Below are positions 19,073 to 21,803 of a DNA stretch of 21,803 nt, piece after piece; positions within the stretch are counted from its first letter, which is position 1; each line of letters begins with the position of its first letter. A model generated the notes under the pieces. The model was not told the origin of the DNA. It was given only the letters and a program-made list of their open reading frames with translations, and made no database searches. The stretch is from contig CAVTRY010000024.1 in assembly GCA_963737265.1 (NCBI GenBank), positions 1-21,803 of the forward strand, in the 5' to 3' direction. The position numbers and the translations under genes are program-made. The stretch is from an uncultured delta proteobacterium. Its GTDB lineage: Bacteria > Myxococcota_A > Polyangia > Fen-1088.

Positions 19073-19159
19073 ATGTCTCGCAAGCAGATAGCCGAGGCAG
19101 CTAAGTTGGACGAGGGCGCCATCGCCGCCAACCTGAAGGAGCTTGGGTATGGCGAGTAA
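19073..19159 (+). pseudogene. hsdM: 28-aa mini-ORF matching the extreme C-terminal helix of a type I restriction-modification methyltransferase (HsdM)
   Basis: MSRKQIAEAAKLDEGAIAANLKELGYGE* resembles the typical HsdM tail Q..E..KLD..I..NLKELGYG. It overlaps the rhuM start, as in intact hsdM-rhuM-hsdS operons. Confidence 0.7.
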
Positions 19160-20240
19160 GAAAACCTTCAATGCACATCTGTCCTCCGAATCCTCGCCGG
19201 GCCAAATACTCATCTATACGGATGCTGGACTCAACCTCCAGGTCCGGCTCGATGGGCAGACGGCCTGGCTGACGCAACAGCAGATGGCGGAGTTGTTCCA
19301 GACGACACCCCAGAACATAACCCTCCATATCAAAAGCATTTACGAAGAGGGTGAGCAGACCCCGGAGGCAACTTGTAAGGATTACTTACAAGTTCGGCAA
19401 GAGGGGGACCGGCAAGTCCTGCGCGATCTGAAGCACTACAGCCTCGACATGATTCTTGCCGTCGGCTACCGCGTGCGGTCGCTGCGAGGCACCCAGTTCC
19501 GGCAATGGGCCACGGCCCGGCTCAGTGAACTGCTGGTGAAGGGCTTCACGCTCGACGATGAGCGAATCAAGGCCGGGCGCACGCTCGGGCAGGACTATTT
19601 CGACGAACTGCTGGCGCGGATTCGGGACATTCGCTCCAGCGAGCGTCTCTTCTATCAAAAGATCACCGACATCTACGCGACCAGCATCGACTATGACCGC
19701 AACGCCGAGCTGACCCAGGAGTTCTTCAAGACGGTACAGAACAAGATGCACTGGGCGGCTCACGGGCACACTGCCGCGGAGATCGTCCGCCAACGTGCCG
19801 ATGCGCGCAAGCCGCACATGGGGCTGACCAGTTGGAAGAATGCGCCGCATGGGACGGTGCGCAAAGCCGATGTACCGGTCGCCAAAAATTACCTTAACAA
19901 GGAAGAGCTGGAGCTATTAAACCTGATCGTCTCCGCCTATCTTGACTTTGCCGAATTGCAGGCGCGAGGCCATCGACCCATGCACATGCGCGAGTGGATT
20001 TCCAAGCTGGATGATTTCCTGCGTCTCAGCGACCAAAACATCCTGACCCACGCGGGCAAAATCTCTCATGCCCTGGCCGAGGAACACGCCTACGCCCAGT
20101 TTGCCGAATTCGAAGAACAGCGCCGTCAGATCGAGTCGTCCCAACCCGTCAGCGATTTCGACCGGACCGTGGAGCAGATCAAGAAAATTAGGCGTCCGGC
20201 AAAGCCGAAGCACGTCTCCCGGAGGAACAATTCGAGTTGA
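19149..20240 (+). CDS. rhuM: RhuM family protein
   Basis: WLTQQQMAELFQTT..NITLHIKSIYEEGE, YSLDMILAVGYRVRS.RGTQFRQWAT, YFDELLARIRDIRSSER.FYQKITDIYATSIDY, VQNKMHWA.HGHTAAE and AKNYL. The reading frame is intact. Confidence 0.92.
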   Translation: MASKKTFNAHLSSESSPGQILIYTDAGLNLQVRLDGQTAWLTQQQMAELFQTTPQNITLHIKSIYEEGEQTPEATCKDYLQVRQEGDRQVLRDLKHYSLDMILAVGYRVRSLRGTQFRQWATARLSELLVKGFTLDDERIKAGRTLGQDYFDELLARIRDIRSSERLFYQKITDIYATSIDYDRNAELTQEFFKTVQNKMHWAAHGHTAAEIVRQRADARKPHMGLTSWKNAPHGTVRKADVPVAKNYLNKEELELLNLIVSAYLDFAELQARGHRPMHMREWISKLDDFLRLSDQNILTHAGKISHALAEEHAYAQFAEFEEQRRQIESSQPVSDFDRTVEQIKKIRRPAKPKHVSRRNNSS

Positions 20241-20779
20241 AGAAGTGTGGGCAAAATACCTCCGTCCAGCAAGGAACCCCGCCATTGCCGAGATGATCGA
20301 AGGCAATCTGGACCGAATGCGCAAGTTCTCCCACCAGCACGGCCTCAATATCGAAGCGAATCTGCTGAAGCCGATGTTCGAGGAATCCTTCTGGGTCAAC
20401 ATCATCGGGCGTGGCTACCCTCCTCCCAACCGCACCTTCCGCTGGTGCACGCAGCGCATGAAGATTGATCCGGTCAACGACTTCGTGAACGCGGCGTGTG
20501 GCCATTCGCTGTAGCGGCGATCTCCGATCGCCGACCGGCGGTCGGAGACCGCCGCTACAAACCGCAGCGCGCCGCGCCGAAAGCTCCACTCGCGCTCAGA
20601 CCATGGCAGGCCGCCAGGCGCGCAACGGCCTGAACCGGCATCCTGACTTGCCTCGCGTCTGGGTCTCGAATCCGATTCAGTTCCTCAGCACGGAAGAGGT
20701 TTGGGCCTACCTGCTTCAGAATCCGAACCCGTGGGGTGGGACAATCGCCCCCCTCTATAAGCTTTGCGCAAGCGCCAGC
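20236..20779 (+). pseudogene. dndC: DNA phosphorothioation sulfurtransferase DndC relic (internal deletion, REP insertion, 3' truncation)
   Basis: NPAIAEMI...ESFWVNIIGRGYPPPNRTFRWCTQRMKIDP, then after the REP, ARRAESSTRAQTM...NPIQFLSTEEVWAYLLQNPNPWGG..LYKL. The SGGKDS PP-loop and the downstream GCW.C Cys cluster are absent. Confidence 0.88.
20510..20559. repeat. GTAG-type REP doublet (REPIN-like)
   Basis: TGTAGCGGCGATCTCCGATCGCCG-AC-CGGCGGTCGGAGACCGCCGCTACA: two inverted 24-bp units, each GTAG followed by an 8-bp stem with a TCC loop. Confidence 0.85.
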
Positions 20780-20834
20780 TTGATGCTGCATTTAATATTT
20801 GGTAAACTGCGCGCATGAGTCGGGATTCTTTTTG

Positions 20835-21440
20835 ATGAAGCGATTAACCTGCATTGACCTGTTTTGCGGTTGTGGCGGTTTCTCCCTGGGTATGGAGCGG
20901 GCGGGATTCACCGTCCTTGCCGCAATCGATTTCGATCCGGAAGCCATCAGCGTCTTTAAGACGAACTTCCCAATGTTGCCCATATCCTGCAACAGGATTT
21001 GACCACCTATCCCCCGCGTGAATTGGCGAAACTCATCGGTACCGCCGAAGTGGATGTAATTGTGGGTGGTCCGCCGTGCCAGGGGTTTTCAAAGTGCGGC
21101 AGCGCGACGGCTCAAACAGCGGGCCGCGCATGATAGAGGACAAACGCCGTTATCTTTACCGCGAATTTCTTCGCTACGTCTATTTCTTCCAGCCCAAAGT
21201 GTTCGCCATGGAGAACGTGCCCGGCATCCGATCCGCGGAGGGAGAGGGGAAAGATTTTGCAGCTCCGGGAGGAGAAGCGTGAGCAGGCTCGAGAGAATGC
21301 ATGGCGCGCAAAGCATCCCGCCGCGTGCGGGGCGAGCAAAATTTCCTGCAGGCGGTGCCACATCTCCGCGCCACTGGGCGGGGGGCCTCGGCCAGGAGCG
21401 GCAGCAGCTCCTGATATCTGGTGTTCGGTGGCCGAGCTGA
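20835..21440 (+). pseudogene. dcm: DNA (cytosine-5)-methyltransferase, N-terminal part; sequence degrades after ~21250
   Basis: Motif I IDLFCGCGGFSLG, motif IV VIVGGPPCQGF and motif VI FAMENVPGI. A possible garbled motif VIII (QERQQLLISGVR) lies near 21390-21430. Confidence 0.85.
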
Positions 21441-21803
21441 GGGCTCAGACCGTGGCGCGCCATGAAGCGAAAAGTGCGCAGCGGCAAACCGGGATCCGCG
21501 CAGCGATTCCCCACGGTGGAGAAAAATCCTGCCATCCACCACGGAAAACTCGGCGTTTGAAAGGCGCGAGCGCAGATTCTGAAACTGGCGGTAGAGCGAC
21601 GGGCGGGCGGCGGGGAAACTCCTCGAGGAGCTGCGTGGCCACGCGATGAATCAAGCGCGCATGGCCGAAAGGAAAGCCGCATCCAGTCCGAGGGGGTCAT
21701 GGTGGTTCGCATCGGCGTGCTCGACGAAGAGGGCCCCCGCGGCTTCGTCCTGCGCTTCCCAGGCGAGCGTGTCTCGTCGTCCTTCGAGTGGCGGAAGTGG
21801 AGA

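Noticed and set aside
8003-20779. A sulfur-themed system linking sqdB, the SAM hydrolase and dndC, or recBCD with the defence remnants
   Set aside because: The genes lie on opposite sides of the probable chimeric junction at ~12234 and likely come from different organisms.
1-21803. CRISPR array, tRNA or rRNA genes, transposase or integrase
   Set aside because: I found no regularly spaced repeat-spacer units, no cloverleaf or rRNA signature, and no recombinase motifs by eye.

Overview
This window does not look like one continuous genome. The clean, frameshift-free core (about 1967-11710) is very GC-rich and actinobacterial in style, possibly Acidimicrobiia (inference). It holds a 5'-truncated recC, then intact recB, recD, sqdB, a membrane-anchored hypothetical protein and citrate synthase, followed by a truncated tesB. 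At about 12231-12237 the sequence switches abruptly, mid-gene on both sides, to lower-GC DNA with many indels, probably Acidobacteriota (inference). That part encodes a DUF62 SAM hydrolase/halogenase-family protein, a HlyC/CorC protein, an M48 peptidase, an esterase, and pyrK-pyrD. It ends in a decayed defence hotspot: a 28-codon HsdM C-terminal remnant, an intact rhuM, a dndC relic interrupted by a GTAG-type REP doublet, and a C5 DNA methyltransferase fragment. The first ~1.96 kb is a third, error-rich segment with a frameshifted putative Abi/HEPN-like gene, a dif-like site and 11-bp-phased direct repeats. I see no complete novel system. The best leads are the defence-island remnants, the His-to-Gln DUF62 variant, the dif-like end and the orphan sqdB. 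Gene neighbourhoods across the junctions should not be trusted.
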